A stretch of 64,000 bases of DNA, taken from the IMG/VR virus record IMGVR_UViG_3300042887_004758, positions 32,001 to 96,000 of that record; one strand, given 5' to 3'. Shown here piece by piece: positions 30,875-41,997 of the stretch (positions are counted from its first letter, which is position 1; each line of letters starts with the position of its first letter). The stretch comes from a virus. Both the position numbers and the translations under genes were made by a program. The notes beneath the pieces are model-generated. The model was not told where the DNA came from. It ran no database searches and saw only the letters and a program-made list of their open reading frames with translations.

Positions 30875-31507
30875 ATGATAAAAAGTTGGACATATAACAC
30901 CACCGGTGGTAAAAGGGAAGACATAAAAAAATATATATCCGACAACAATTTGAAAACAGTTGATGTTGGTGCATCTTACATGTTTTGGTCTTATCCTGAG
31001 TGTAAATTTGTTGCCGATTCGATTGTTGTCAATAAGGATGATGTTACTTTTTTTAATTTGAATTTGGAAGATAAAACCACATGGGGTGAGATATTATCAT
31101 ATGTCGAAACCTATGGAAAATTTGATTTCTCTATTTGCTCACACACAATTGAAGATGTATTTAATCCTTTGGAATTAACAGACTTGTTGACTAAAATATC
31201 ACTTGAGGGGTTTATTGCGTCACCATCAAAATATGATGAATTTTCGTTTTTATACCAAAATAAATATCGTGGTAATGCCCATCATAAACAATTTTTAGAA
31301 ATTATTAACAATGAAGTTGTTATTTTTCCAAAATTTTCTTGGATTGAAAATGATGTTAGAAGTGATGAAATCTTGATGAAAAATAAAGGTAAGGAAATTT
31401 CTTTTTTTTGGGAAAAGGAAATACCTATAAAAGTATTCGGAAATGGTATACCGTTTCAATCAGATAGTAACTTAATTAATGAATATTATAGACAATTGGA
31501 TAATTAA
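30875..31507 (+). CDS. Methyltransferase-like protein
   Basis: VDVGAS, FDFSICSHTIED. Confidence 0.7.
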   Translation: MIKSWTYNTTGGKREDIKKYISDNNLKTVDVGASYMFWSYPECKFVADSIVVNKDDVTFFNLNLEDKTTWGEILSYVETYGKFDFSICSHTIEDVFNPLELTDLLTKISLEGFIASPSKYDEFSFLYQNKYRGNAHHKQFLEIINNEVVIFPKFSWIENDVRSDEILMKNKGKEISFFWEKEIPIKVFGNGIPFQSDSNLINEYYRQLDN

Positions 31508-31508
31508 T

Positions 31509-32228
31509 ATGGAAAATGAAAAAATTTGCCTGATTACAGTATTATTTGACTATCCTGATTATTACGAACCATCTTTTTATAAAAACGCGTTGAAATATTT
31601 TTCATCTGAGGATATTCACATAGTCAGAAATTCTGGTTTGGTTAAGAATGGATCTTACTATGACAAACTGTATTACTATAAAATAGTAAATCTTTTAGAA
31701 TACATTAAATCTCAAATTCTTGGGAAGTATAAATATATACTATTTTTAGATGCCACGGACACAAATTTTATCGGTTCACCAAAAAATATAGTTGAAGATT
31801 TTCATTCATTGAATTGTAGTATAGTTATGGGAGCTGAGAAGGGTTTGTGGCCACCGACTAACTATACTCACTTATATGAAAAAAAAAGGTCTATAAACAA
31901 TTCCAAATATCTTAACTCAGGTACATATTTCGGATACACTGAAAAAATAATCTATCATTTAGAGGATATTATTACTAAAGAATATCAAACGGGTATTGAT
32001 GATCAAGGAAGATGGACAATTCAATATCTATTGAATGATGATATTATCATCGATCAAGAAAAAAACTTCTTTTTCAGTACGTTAGATAATAAAGACTATG
32101 TAGAAATCGAAAATAATAAAGTAACATTGTTAAATTCAAATGCGTTTATAATTCATGATAATGGACCCTTCAACGATAATACCATAAAATTAACTCAATT
32201 TATTAATGAAAACTATCAGAATAACTAG
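31509..32228 (+). CDS. PLOD/LH3-type glycosyltransferase domain protein (probable start MENEK)
   Basis: LFLDATD, GAEKGLWP, YLNSGTYFGY, DDQ, IIHDNG. Confidence 0.8.
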   Translation: MENEKICLITVLFDYPDYYEPSFYKNALKYFSSEDIHIVRNSGLVKNGSYYDKLYYYKIVNLLEYIKSQILGKYKYILFLDATDTNFIGSPKNIVEDFHSLNCSIVMGAEKGLWPPTNYTHLYEKKRSINNSKYLNSGTYFGYTEKIIYHLEDIITKEYQTGIDDQGRWTIQYLLNDDIIIDQEKNFFFSTLDNKDYVEIENNKVTLLNSNAFIIHDNGPFNDNTIKLTQFINENYQNN

Positions 32229-33189
32229 ACAAGGGTTTCCAAATCACGGTCAACACAGTTGGATGAGTTACTTTAAATTTGTACTATCCAAAAAATATAA
32301 TGTACTTATTGATCCAATTAATCCTGACATTGTAATACACTCGGATCTACACTATAATAGAGAACAAATCGATACATATACCAATCATTTACCTACAGAA
32401 TATAGACAGAATGATAAGAATAAAAAATTTATTTATGTTTCAGGTGAAGTCGCCGATTTTTCAGGACCTATATTTGCAAATGACAATCAGTGGGCGATAG
32501 GTTACAATAAATTTGAACACGAAAGATATTTGAGACAACCATCTGGTGTGTTCGATGTGTGGACATTATATGACGAATCAAGATTGGTTGATAGTCCATT
32601 ATCTTGGTTGACTCAAAAGAGGAATATTGATCAAATTAAGAATAGAAACACAGGATTTTGTTCAATAACACAGGCATCAGATAATAAATTTAGAGGTTTA
32701 GTCTTTGACAAATTAAATGAATATAAGATGGTTACGTCATCAGGCCCTTGGAGACAAAATATAGATCCAAAAGATGAACTGAACAAATATCAATGGTTGA
32801 ATCAAGTTTATATTGGAAGAAACGATGGATTGACTTACAGAGAAAAAATACAGTTTTTTCAAAAGTATAAATTTAATATTGCAATACACTACACAAATAC
32901 TGATTATATATTACAGGAAAAGTTATATCATGCTTTTTTTTCGGGTGCTATTCCTATTTTCTACGGGAATCAATATATTTTAGAGGAGGGATTTAACCCT
33001 GATAGTTTCGTAAATTTGCATAATTTTTCGGATTTGAATGATTTTTTGGAGTTAATCAAGAGAATAGATAATGACGACAATTTGTATAAAAAATATATTG
33101 AAGCCCCTCTTTTTTTGAATAATGAATTACCAATTTACTATGATTTTGATTACACACTTAATTTTCTAGAGAAAATTGTTGAATCATGA
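32206..33189 (+). CDS. GT10 alpha-1,3-fucosyltransferase-like protein
   Basis: YKFNIA...EKL..AF..GAIPIFYG, FNPDSFVN. Confidence 0.8.
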   Translation: MKTIRITRQGFPNHGQHSWMSYFKFVLSKKYNVLIDPINPDIVIHSDLHYNREQIDTYTNHLPTEYRQNDKNKKFIYVSGEVADFSGPIFANDNQWAIGYNKFEHERYLRQPSGVFDVWTLYDESRLVDSPLSWLTQKRNIDQIKNRNTGFCSITQASDNKFRGLVFDKLNEYKMVTSSGPWRQNIDPKDELNKYQWLNQVYIGRNDGLTYREKIQFFQKYKFNIAIHYTNTDYILQEKLYHAFFSGAIPIFYGNQYILEEGFNPDSFVNLHNFSDLNDFLELIKRIDNDDNLYKKYIEAPLFLNNELPIYYDFDYTLNFLEKIVES

Positions 33190-33899
33190 AATACATTTTT
33201 ACAACGTTGGCTGTTGGTAATTCGTACTTGGAAAATGCAATCAATTGTTATAATCAATTAAGTGAAAAATGTTCAGCAAGTTTTAATATTACAACAAACG
33301 AATCGATGGATGTAAGTGATAGAATCAATTTAGATTTATTTAAGTTAGACAAATATCACGATGACGGTGCTGGATTTTCATTTTACTTGAATTTAAAAGT
33401 ATTATCCCTCAAATATTGTTTAGATAAGGAATTTGACTACATCATTTTTAACGACGCCGATTGGATGACTTCGGAAGGTTTTAGTGAACAAAAAATTATT
33501 AACATGTTCAATTATATGGAAAAAAATAATTTAGATTTATTATTTGAAAGACCTGCCAAAATTGGTGACCACAAAAAAGATTTACAAAATTGTTTTTTTG
33601 ACAGGAAATTATTTGATTATAACGTCTTCGATCATAATAAATGGGATGAAGCTCATGTAGTTAATGAACAATTTTTAGTGTTTAAAAATAATTGGAAATT
33701 CAGATTTTTCGTTAGGAGATGGGAGGAGTTTTTGTGGTACTCTATAAAAAATAATATAAGGAATTACCCTGACGGATTCGAAATAGGTGTTTCTGCTTTG
33801 GAGTCTGATATGAAATGGGATTACGAAGCTTTTAGATACTTGTTACCAAATTGTTTTAAATTTTATGATAAATCTAATAACTTACATAAAAAGTTTTAA
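33186..33899 (+). CDS. Putative GT-A glycosyltransferase
   Basis: FTTLAVG..Y start and YIIFNDAD DxD motif. Confidence 0.6.
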   Translation: MKYIFTTLAVGNSYLENAINCYNQLSEKCSASFNITTNESMDVSDRINLDLFKLDKYHDDGAGFSFYLNLKVLSLKYCLDKEFDYIIFNDADWMTSEGFSEQKIINMFNYMEKNNLDLLFERPAKIGDHKKDLQNCFFDRKLFDYNVFDHNKWDEAHVVNEQFLVFKNNWKFRFFVRRWEEFLWYSIKNNIRNYPDGFEIGVSALESDMKWDYEAFRYLLPNCFKFYDKSNNLHKKF

Positions 33900-33901
33900 A
33901 T

Positions 33902-34531
33902 ATGAATATACAAACAAGAATTACTAAATTTACAAACTTGATAGATAATGACAGTCTATCGGCCTTTGACTATCATTCGGCACAACAAACTCACGAGGCG
34001 TACCAAGTATTCTATGACTTTATTTCAAGAGTAAAACCCAAGAGGATTTTAGAAATAGGAACTGCTTTGGGTGGTTTTACTGAATTTTTAGATATAATTA
34101 CTAAAGAACTCAAATTAGATGTCAAAATACTATCATATGATATTTCCGAAAGACCTTGGTATAGAGAAATGATTGAAAAAGGTATTGACGTTCGTGTTGA
34201 AAACATTTTTTCAGATGATTGGACTAATGTTAATCAGGAGGTCATTGACTTCATAAGGGAAGATGGTATAACTATAGTACTTTGTGACGGAGGGTATAAA
34301 ATCGGAGAATTTAATTTATTATCTGATTTTTTAAAGGTCGGTGACTTTATATTGGCACATGATTTTTGCTTAAATGACGAGGTATTTGAAAATGAAATGA
34401 AAAATAAAATTTGGAATTGGTGTGAAATTAAAGAATCTGACATAGTAAGTAAATCTCAAAAAAACAATCTGTCTTTCTATGATTATGATTTATTTAAAAA
34501 AGCAGCTTGGGTTTGTAAAGTTAAAGAATGA
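33902..34531 (+). CDS. SAM-dependent methyltransferase (CmcI-like)
   Basis: PKRILEIGTALGG, CDGG, LAHD. Confidence 0.8.
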   Translation: MNIQTRITKFTNLIDNDSLSAFDYHSAQQTHEAYQVFYDFISRVKPKRILEIGTALGGFTEFLDIITKELKLDVKILSYDISERPWYREMIEKGIDVRVENIFSDDWTNVNQEVIDFIREDGITIVLCDGGYKIGEFNLLSDFLKVGDFILAHDFCLNDEVFENEMKNKIWNWCEIKESDIVSKSQKNNLSFYDYDLFKKAAWVCKVKE

Positions 34532-36210
34532 TGAGTAACGTAACTTTAGTAACAGGTTTATGGGATTTAGGTAGAGGTGCTTTATCTGAAGGATGGGGAC
34601 GTGATTTTGAATCACACTATTTGAGTAAGTTCAAGGATATTCTCAAAATACCTACCAATTTGATCATATTTGGTGATTCAGAGTTGAGGGAGTTTGTTAA
34701 TGTACACAAAACACATAACGAAATTCAATTTATTGAAAGAAACTTGGATTGGTTCAAAGGTAATTTTTATGAAAAAATACAATCAATCAGAACGGATCCT
34801 AACTGGTTCAATCAAAAAGGGTGGTTAAGTGAATCTACTCAAGCTAAATTGGAAATGTATAATCCTTTGGTTATGCAAAAAATGTTTTTATTAAATGATG
34901 CCAAAATAATGGATCAGTTTGATTCGAAATATATGTTTTGGTTAGATGCTGGAATTACTAATACTGTTCACCTTGGTTATTTTACGCATGACAAAGTTTT
35001 GGAAAAATTACCAAAATTTATAAACAAATTTTCTTTTGTTTGTTTCCCGTATGATGCGGATGGTGAAATTCACGGATTTAACTACGATGAAATTTGTAAA
35101 TTATCCGGTACTAAAGTTAAAAAAGTGGCTAGAGGTGGTTTTTTCGGTGGTCCAAAAGATCAAATATCCGACGCTATGAATCTTTACTATGGTTTCACCA
35201 ATGACACTCTAAATAGAGGTTTTATGGGTACTGAAGAAAGTATTTTTTCAATAATGGTTTACAAATACCCCCAACAGTTTGATTATTTTGAAATTGAATC
35301 AAATGGATTATTAAGTAAATTTTTTGAGGATTTAAAAAATTCCAGTCTCAAAGTGAAAAACGAAACAACAATATTAAATAAGAATATAAGTTTAGACTTA
35401 AATAAAACTTCAGTTTACGTTATTACCTTCAATAGTCCAAAACAATTTGAAAAATTAATAAATTCATTTATTCATTATGATGACGATTTCATCGAAAAGC
35501 CAAAAAAATATTTATTGAATAACTCGACAGATAGAAGTACTGATAATCATTATGATGAACTTTGTGAAGAGTATGAGTTTACACAAATTAAATTTCCTGA
35601 AAACTTAGGTATTTGTGGGGGAAGACAATATATTGCTGAACATTTTGAAGAGAGTGATTCAGATTTTATGTTTTTCTTTGAAGATGATATGTTTTTTTAT
35701 GGTGGTGTAGAGGATTTTTGTAAAAATGGTTTTGGTAGGAAAGTTTCACAAATATATTCTAAATCATTGGAAATTACAAAAAATGAAGGATTTGATTTCT
35801 TAAAACTCAACTTTACGGAATTTTACGGAGATAATTCAACACAGTGGTCTTGGTATAATGTACCTCAAGACTTTAGAAACCAAAAATGGCCCGAATATAA
35901 TAAATTACCTACTCATGGTTTAGATCCAAATGCACCCAAAACTTCATTTAAAAACATCAAGAGTTACAAAGGTATACCGTATGCCAGCGGAGAAGTTTAT
36001 TATTCAAATTGGCCACAAATTGTGACGAGAGAAGGAAATAAAAAAATGTTTTTAGAAACTACTTGGGCACATCCTCATGAGCAAACATGGATGTCTTACA
36101 TTTACCAAGAAACTCTTAAAGACAGAATTACACCGGGAATCCTCCTTTTGACACCAACAGAACATAATCGATTTGATCATTACGACGGAAAATTAAGAAA
36201 AGAATCATAG
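34528..36210 (+). CDS. HtrL/YibB(WlaTC)-like glycosyltransferase fused to a GT2-like domain
   Basis: TLVTGLWDLGR, FWLDAG, GGFFGG, GTEES; second domain NLGICGGR, FFEDD. Confidence 0.75.
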   Translation: MMSNVTLVTGLWDLGRGALSEGWGRDFESHYLSKFKDILKIPTNLIIFGDSELREFVNVHKTHNEIQFIERNLDWFKGNFYEKIQSIRTDPNWFNQKGWLSESTQAKLEMYNPLVMQKMFLLNDAKIMDQFDSKYMFWLDAGITNTVHLGYFTHDKVLEKLPKFINKFSFVCFPYDADGEIHGFNYDEICKLSGTKVKKVARGGFFGGPKDQISDAMNLYYGFTNDTLNRGFMGTEESIFSIMVYKYPQQFDYFEIESNGLLSKFFEDLKNSSLKVKNETTILNKNISLDLNKTSVYVITFNSPKQFEKLINSFIHYDDDFIEKPKKYLLNNSTDRSTDNHYDELCEEYEFTQIKFPENLGICGGRQYIAEHFEESDSDFMFFFEDDMFFYGGVEDFCKNGFGRKVSQIYSKSLEITKNEGFDFLKLNFTEFYGDNSTQWSWYNVPQDFRNQKWPEYNKLPTHGLDPNAPKTSFKNIKSYKGIPYASGEVYYSNWPQIVTREGNKKMFLETTWAHPHEQTWMSYIYQETLKDRITPGILLLTPTEHNRFDHYDGKLRKES

Positions 36211-36227
36211 TATATTTATAATATATT

Positions 36228-38462
36228 ATGATAAATTTTTTTATAAAAAAATCCTCTAGTTTACCAATTCTCAAGGTTGAATTACTTGTTGATGGTAGAA
36301 ATCTGTATAACGGTTTATTAACCAGTATTACAGGTTCTACCATTTTCTTTTCAATGGAAGAGGAAAATACAGGTGTTAAGAGAATTTTGAAAGATATTGC
36401 CAGTTATGAAATAACTGATTCGAAAATTATACTATCTTATCAATTTACTTCACACTACACAAAAAAAATAGGGTCTTATTTCGGGCAGTTTAATATATCC
36501 AACAATTACGGATCTCAAATTTTTCCTATAACAGAAAAAATAAAAATAGGTATTATCGATTCAATTTATGATCAAAGTTCAGTTGATTGTTGTTCTACTG
36601 ATAAACCGATTTCAATACTACCATCACCAACTCCGACCACAACACCAACAAGTACAATATCACCTTTACCAACAAAAACACCTCTACCAACAAAAACACC
36701 CACAAGAACTCCGACATCTACTCCTACGGTTACACCAACTACTACACCCACAAGGACAGTTACTCCTACAATTACACGAACAAGTACTGTTACGCCAACT
36801 ACTACACCCACAAGGACAGTTACTCCTACAATTACACGAACAAGTACTGTTACGCCAACTACTACACCCACAAGGACAGTTACTCCTACAATTACACGAA
36901 CAAGTACTGTTACACCAACTATTACACCTACAAATACAATAACGCAAACTCCAACTGTTACGGTTACACCCACAAATACTATTACACCGACAAATACAGT
37001 CACTCCCGGACTTTCCCCGAGTATCACACCCACCAATACTGTTACAAGAACAAGTACCGCAACACCAGGATTATCTCCAACATCTACTCCGACAAATACT
37101 GTAACACCAACATCTACTCCGACAAATACTGTAACACCAACGAATACCGTAACACCAACGAATACCGTAACACCAACAAACACACCTTCACTAACACCGT
37201 TGAGTGAATTGGTTATAAATTTTGGATCTGAATATGGATCTGGTTCAACAAGGATTGTTTACACTTTCACAGCATCATCAATATCAGATGAAAATGTGAT
37301 AATTTCGTTTGATAATGTCTTATATAATAAAGTTACAGATCAACAAATTACAATTACGACGGGTGTTACTATAAATGCAGGATCAATTACTGGTCGTACT
37401 GAAGTTCTTCTAAGAGATGTTGATTATAATACGGAAATAGAAAAAGGATCAACATCATTTGTCAATGTAGTTTCAACAAGAAGAAATACTTCTTTCAATA
37501 AGTATGTCAAAGTTGTTTTTGAAGATTATACACCAATAACAGGTTTTGTTTATTTCGAAAAGTGTTGTGACAAAAGTGATCCAGGTCCCGATTATATAGA
37601 AGTTCAAGTAACTACTTTTGAATGGCATTCATTGGGTGGTGGTATTGTTTATAGTGGTACTTGTTATTCACCAATTGAAGGGCCGATACAATCGACGTTT
37701 ATTGGTTTGAGGTATGGTGCTGACTTTTTCGGGGATTGCACAGATCAAAGATTTTGTTCTTGTTACATTGCACCAACACCAACACCTTCTGTTACACCAA
37801 CTAAGACTGCAACTCCTTCACTAACAAAAACACCAACACCAACACCGACTAAAACAGTAACACCTTCTATCACAACAACATTAACACCAACCTCTACAAA
37901 TCCTAATAGTCTGCTTTGTTCTAGTAATGTTTCTGCAATTTTTATTGACTGTATTGGTTCTGCGACTCCATTTTTCATTGATTGTGTGGGCACATCGGAT
38001 CCTTTTTTTATAGATTGTTCAGGTTCTTCTCAAAATTTATTCATTGAATGTGAAATATCTACTCAAGAATTTATTATTGAATGTCAAGTAACTACACAAA
38101 ATTACTTTTTGGAATGTGATGTAAACACTATCCCATACTTTTTGAACTGCGAATCTTCATTCCAAACTTTCTTTTTAGAATGTATAGGTAATTTTGAATA
38201 TCTAACACCAACTCCTACATCAACGGTGACACTTACACCAACACTTACACCAACTACCACACTCACACCAACAATATCATTAACACCAACACAAACAATT
38301 ACTCCTACTACTACAACCACAAACACACCAACTGTTACGAGAACTAAAACACCAACACCAACGGTCACAAGAACTAAAACACCAACACCAACAATAACAC
38401 CGACTCAAGATAAGGTGACTCTGACACCAACGTCTACACCAACGTCTACACCAAGAAGATAA
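36228..38462 (+). CDS. Virion fibre/appendage protein: BppU-like N-domain, mucin-like TPT tracts, Cys-rich modules
   Basis: N-terminus paralogous to 45791 ([14 protein letters not shown]); three TPT tracts; TATTTAT at 36213. Confidence 0.7.
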   Translation: MINFFIKKSSSLPILKVELLVDGRNLYNGLLTSITGSTIFFSMEEENTGVKRILKDIASYEITDSKIILSYQFTSHYTKKIGSYFGQFNISNNYGSQIFPITEKIKIGIIDSIYDQSSVDCCSTDKPISILPSPTPTTTPTSTISPLPTKTPLPTKTPTRTPTSTPTVTPTTTPTRTVTPTITRTSTVTPTTTPTRTVTPTITRTSTVTPTTTPTRTVTPTITRTSTVTPTITPTNTITQTPTVTVTPTNTITPTNTVTPGLSPSITPTNTVTRTSTATPGLSPTSTPTNTVTPTSTPTNTVTPTNTVTPTNTVTPTNTPSLTPLSELVINFGSEYGSGSTRIVYTFTASSISDENVIISFDNVLYNKVTDQQITITTGVTINAGSITGRTEVLLRDVDYNTEIEKGSTSFVNVVSTRRNTSFNKYVKVVFEDYTPITGFVYFEKCCDKSDPGPDYIEVQVTTFEWHSLGGGIVYSGTCYSPIEGPIQSTFIGLRYGADFFGDCTDQRFCSCYIAPTPTPSVTPTKTATPSLTKTPTPTPTKTVTPSITTTLTPTSTNPNSLLCSSNVSAIFIDCIGSATPFFIDCVGTSDPFFIDCSGSSQNLFIECEISTQEFIIECQVTTQNYFLECDVNTIPYFLNCESSFQTFFLECIGNFEYLTPTPTSTVTLTPTLTPTTTLTPTISLTPTQTITPTTTTTNTPTVTRTKTPTPTVTRTKTPTPTITPTQDKVTLTPTSTPTSTPRR
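36729..36928 (+). repeat. 60-nt near-perfect tandem repeat (~3.3 copies; [20 protein letters not shown])
   Basis: Lines 36781 and 36841 are identical; flanking copies are near-identical. Confidence 0.92.
37077..37180 (+). repeat. 30-nt and 18-nt tandem repeats in a TPT tract
   Basis: CCAACATCTACTCCGACAAATACTGTAACA x2, then AATACCGTAACACCAAC units. Confidence 0.8.
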
Positions 38463-38519
38463 ATTTTTACTTCAAATGAAATTTTATCCAAATTAACATA
38501 TTTATAAAAAAAAACTTGA

Positions 38520-39752
38520 ATGGCTACACAAGGACAAATATCGATCACGGCAACCAATCTTTCTGGTGGATCATATAATTTTGAGATATATATTCGTGAA
38601 TGTGGTTCGGGTAGTTGGGGATCTCCGATCGATACTATTCCTTACAGTGGGTTTCCTTATTATTTTAACGTAGATGCCGTTCTCAGTGGATCTGTAACTT
38701 GTTTTGAATATTTGGTAGAAGAACCAACAACGTTGGCTCAATGTACCGGACAAGTTAATTTTGTAACACCAACACCGACGCCAACTAAAACTCAAACACC
38801 TACACCAACTAAAACTAAAACACCGACACCAACACCTACACCAACATCTTCTGTTGATTCCGGTGTCACTTTGAATCTATATTCAACATATAGTTCGGGT
38901 TCTCTGTTGGCGAATTATGTGTTGGTAAGAGATAGTATAGCAACTGAGGACATCTCATATCGATTCACAAACACTTTAAAAACAACAGGAGGTACAGAGA
39001 TTTCAATTGGATCGTTGATAGAAATACCCACAGGATTTTTAAGTGGGGAAACAATTTCTAAATTACCGTTTAATTCTTATAGTGAAATTGAACCAGGATA
39101 TTCCAATATCTCAGCATTTACATCTACTTCATTAGAAACAACTGTTGTTGATCGATATACTGAAGTTACATTCCAAGGAGTTGTTATTCCAAATGTACAA
39201 TATATTTTCCAAGATTGTTGTGGAATTTTACCTAATTTGGAGGTTGTGGTTCCGTTGACTGCGGTTCAGGTAAATTCATCTAATCCTTGGGTTCTACAAG
39301 GTAGAGTCATCAGTTATTTGGGTAATTGTTATAAGCCATTGACTCAAGGAGGAACGGGAACTTTATATTATCCAGCACCAGATGGGTCTACTTGTTCATC
39401 TTCAATATGCCCATCATGTCAAGTAATTACATCTCCAACACCCACAGTTACAAGGACACCAACAGTTACACCAACTATCACCAAAACACCTACAATCACA
39501 CCTACAAGTAGTGTTACACCAACGTCACCATGTTCCGATTGTGAATCTAATTTTGTTGATTGTTATGAGATTATGGGATGTTACTCATATCCAATTGGTG
39601 TGAGTCCAACACCTACAAGTACAGTTACACCTACACCAACACCAACCTCAACAATAACACCAACTATAACTCCAACACCAAGTGTTACACCAACCAACTT
39701 GATTTGTTTGGATCCTGACGCTGAGGGTTATGTTTATGATTATCCCGAATAA
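38520..39752 (+). CDS. Cys-rich, TPT-repeat virion protein
   Basis: Shared N-domain (YIREC..FPY..CFEY) and internal domain similar to 36228; TATTTAT at 38499. Confidence 0.7.
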   Translation: MATQGQISITATNLSGGSYNFEIYIRECGSGSWGSPIDTIPYSGFPYYFNVDAVLSGSVTCFEYLVEEPTTLAQCTGQVNFVTPTPTPTKTQTPTPTKTKTPTPTPTPTSSVDSGVTLNLYSTYSSGSLLANYVLVRDSIATEDISYRFTNTLKTTGGTEISIGSLIEIPTGFLSGETISKLPFNSYSEIEPGYSNISAFTSTSLETTVVDRYTEVTFQGVVIPNVQYIFQDCCGILPNLEVVVPLTAVQVNSSNPWVLQGRVISYLGNCYKPLTQGGTGTLYYPAPDGSTCSSSICPSCQVITSPTPTVTRTPTVTPTITKTPTITPTSSVTPTSPCSDCESNFVDCYEIMGCYSYPIGVSPTPTSTVTPTPTPTSTITPTITPTPSVTPTNLICLDPDAEGYVYDYPE

Positions 39753-39771
39753 ATAGAAAAAAAAAGATATA

Positions 39772-41979
39772 ATGCCATTAGGACAACTCTGTTTAACTGA
39801 TTTAGGTGGATTCGAATTAACCGATTTGGTTAATATCTATTCCAATGTTGATGGGTTTACCACCCCAATTGTTCAAGATGTTTTGATCGAATCTATGGCG
39901 TCTTCTGAAGAGAGTTGTCCTTACTTGTTGACAGATGTACCCGAAGGTACAACACAAATTTATATAGAGACCGTTGGCGGTGAAGTATGTTTATATTTAC
40001 CATTTCAAGAGATAAACTTATGTGAAGATTGTGATTTTGGTTTCAATGAATACACCGCTCAGACGATTGGTATACTCTCTGTTGGTATTTTGACTGCATC
40101 ATGTACAAGTGAAATCACCGACTACGTAATTGATTGGTTTAATTCAAACGGTGAAGTTGTATTAACAAGTGGTTTTGGTGATCAATTTGCCTATACCTTT
40201 CCACACCCAATGACGGGCAATGCATCACCACCTATAAATCCAGGTATATATGAACCAATTATCAGACAAGTTTTGATAAATGGCGTAATCTTTTCATCGG
40301 TCGAATTTGGTAATAATAATGTTTTGACTTCATTAAGTGGATGTTTACCTAATATTGAAGTAATTGTTTCTCCGAACACCTGTGACAATGGAAACACTCC
40401 AAATGGTACTTATAGTCATAGTGTCACATATAACGCAGTCGTTGGTGAAATACCCTCGTCAATGGATATAGTCTTGGAAATAGATTCGAGCGTAAACTAT
40501 ATTGCTTGGGCATTTGATGCCGATGCGATCACTGATCAGATTAAAGTTGTTTTTTCAGGATCGGCATATTCAGAAAAATATATTTTAGATTGGTTCAATG
40601 TTGGTCAATTGAATATATCTACAAGTTTTTCAGAACCACCTCCGTATGAAATACAATTTTTACAATCATCATCTGGTGATAGACAAGATTTGAAAAAAGT
40701 AAATTGTTTGACAGGATTTACTGTTTCTGAAGGGGACAAAATAATTTTTGAAGTGATTCCGAATCAATTGAATAATAATACAAATTGGAATTTAAGATAT
40801 AAATGCTTAGAAACATTTGATTGTGAATCTTGTTGGTTGACCGGTACTTCAAAAATTAATTTAACAAATGCGTTTGGAATAAATTCAATTCAAAATACTT
40901 GCACAGATAGAAGAGCCTTCTTATTTAATTTAAGTGGGTCATGTAGTAGTTTTGAAGACAACCTAAATGATTACTTTCAAACTCAATTCATTATAAATCC
41001 ACCAGGGGTTAACCCTACTTGGCCGAATACAGGTTCTTACTTTATAAATAGATTTCTCCCTAACGGATCAACCTCATATTGGGACACAACCTATTTATAT
41101 TTTACACAATTAAGTTATAGTAGTTTTCCGATCAGTATTTCTCCCGCATGTAATACACCAAGCACCAACCAAATTCAATTTACCAAAACTTATAACCCAG
41201 GTATACAAGAGGCAACTATCTACATGTATTTTACTAATCAATCTGAATTTTTATCGTATTGGAATAATTATCTCAGTGTTAGTAACCAATTTTCACCAAC
41301 ACAAAACACAAATGATCCTGAATATTATGAAGGTTATGTTTTCATAGTAAGACCACAACTGACACCAAATACTCAATGTGGTGATACAAGTCCTGATCCT
41401 ATAACTTATTATATACCTAAAGATGCTTTATTCGTATCAGGACAAACAGATGGTGGAGGGTACGAACTTCAAGTTTTTTGGGGTCCAGTATATAATAACA
41501 TTTCCGCATCGAATTGTGCGTATGGTACAATAAACAGTGTGGTTAATAGTTACACAAATTCTAGAACAGGAAATAATACTTCATTTACCAATAATAAAGG
41601 ATCAAGACCTATAGATCCTGTTGGTAAGCTTGAAATTTCGACAATTAATTCACTTAATACTGGTGTAACTTTAAGCTATAATTGGGTTTTCCATAGAAAA
41701 TTAAATGAGACTTTACCAAGAAATTATAACGATACAAATATTATATATCCACAATACAGTTCTGTAACGTGCCCAAATTTATATACTTTGGATCAAGCAA
41801 ATAGTCCAAATACGGATTACTATAGAAGAATTTATGCTAGATATAGAATAGAATTAATAAATCCAAGTGATCCTGAAGAATTCCGTGTCTTGAGTCAGTC
41901 AGTATCGGGAAATGATTTGGCGTTTGTTTTTAGTGGAGGAACAATAAATAATGTGAATACAAATTATGTAATTCAATAA
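39772..41979 (+). CDS. Large Cys/Asn/Ser-rich putative virion protein
   Basis: 735-aa beta-rich ORF in the fibre cluster. Confidence 0.65.
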   Translation: MPLGQLCLTDLGGFELTDLVNIYSNVDGFTTPIVQDVLIESMASSEESCPYLLTDVPEGTTQIYIETVGGEVCLYLPFQEINLCEDCDFGFNEYTAQTIGILSVGILTASCTSEITDYVIDWFNSNGEVVLTSGFGDQFAYTFPHPMTGNASPPINPGIYEPIIRQVLINGVIFSSVEFGNNNVLTSLSGCLPNIEVIVSPNTCDNGNTPNGTYSHSVTYNAVVGEIPSSMDIVLEIDSSVNYIAWAFDADAITDQIKVVFSGSAYSEKYILDWFNVGQLNISTSFSEPPPYEIQFLQSSSGDRQDLKKVNCLTGFTVSEGDKIIFEVIPNQLNNNTNWNLRYKCLETFDCESCWLTGTSKINLTNAFGINSIQNTCTDRRAFLFNLSGSCSSFEDNLNDYFQTQFIINPPGVNPTWPNTGSYFINRFLPNGSTSYWDTTYLYFTQLSYSSFPISISPACNTPSTNQIQFTKTYNPGIQEATIYMYFTNQSEFLSYWNNYLSVSNQFSPTQNTNDPEYYEGYVFIVRPQLTPNTQCGDTSPDPITYYIPKDALFVSGQTDGGGYELQVFWGPVYNNISASNCAYGTINSVVNSYTNSRTGNNTSFTNNKGSRPIDPVGKLEISTINSLNTGVTLSYNWVFHRKLNETLPRNYNDTNIIYPQYSSVTCPNLYTLDQANSPNTDYYRRIYARYRIELINPSDPEEFRVLSQSVSGNDLAFVFSGGTINNVNTNYVIQ

Positions 41980-41997
41980 AAAATAAAAAGAAGGAAA

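Noticed and set aside
36572-37183. Val/Gly-rich or Cys-rich antisense ORFs over the TPT tracts (also 36684, 37763, 38102, 42522, 42643)
   Set aside because: Shadow frames of Thr/Pro codon repeats; the plus-strand genes explain them
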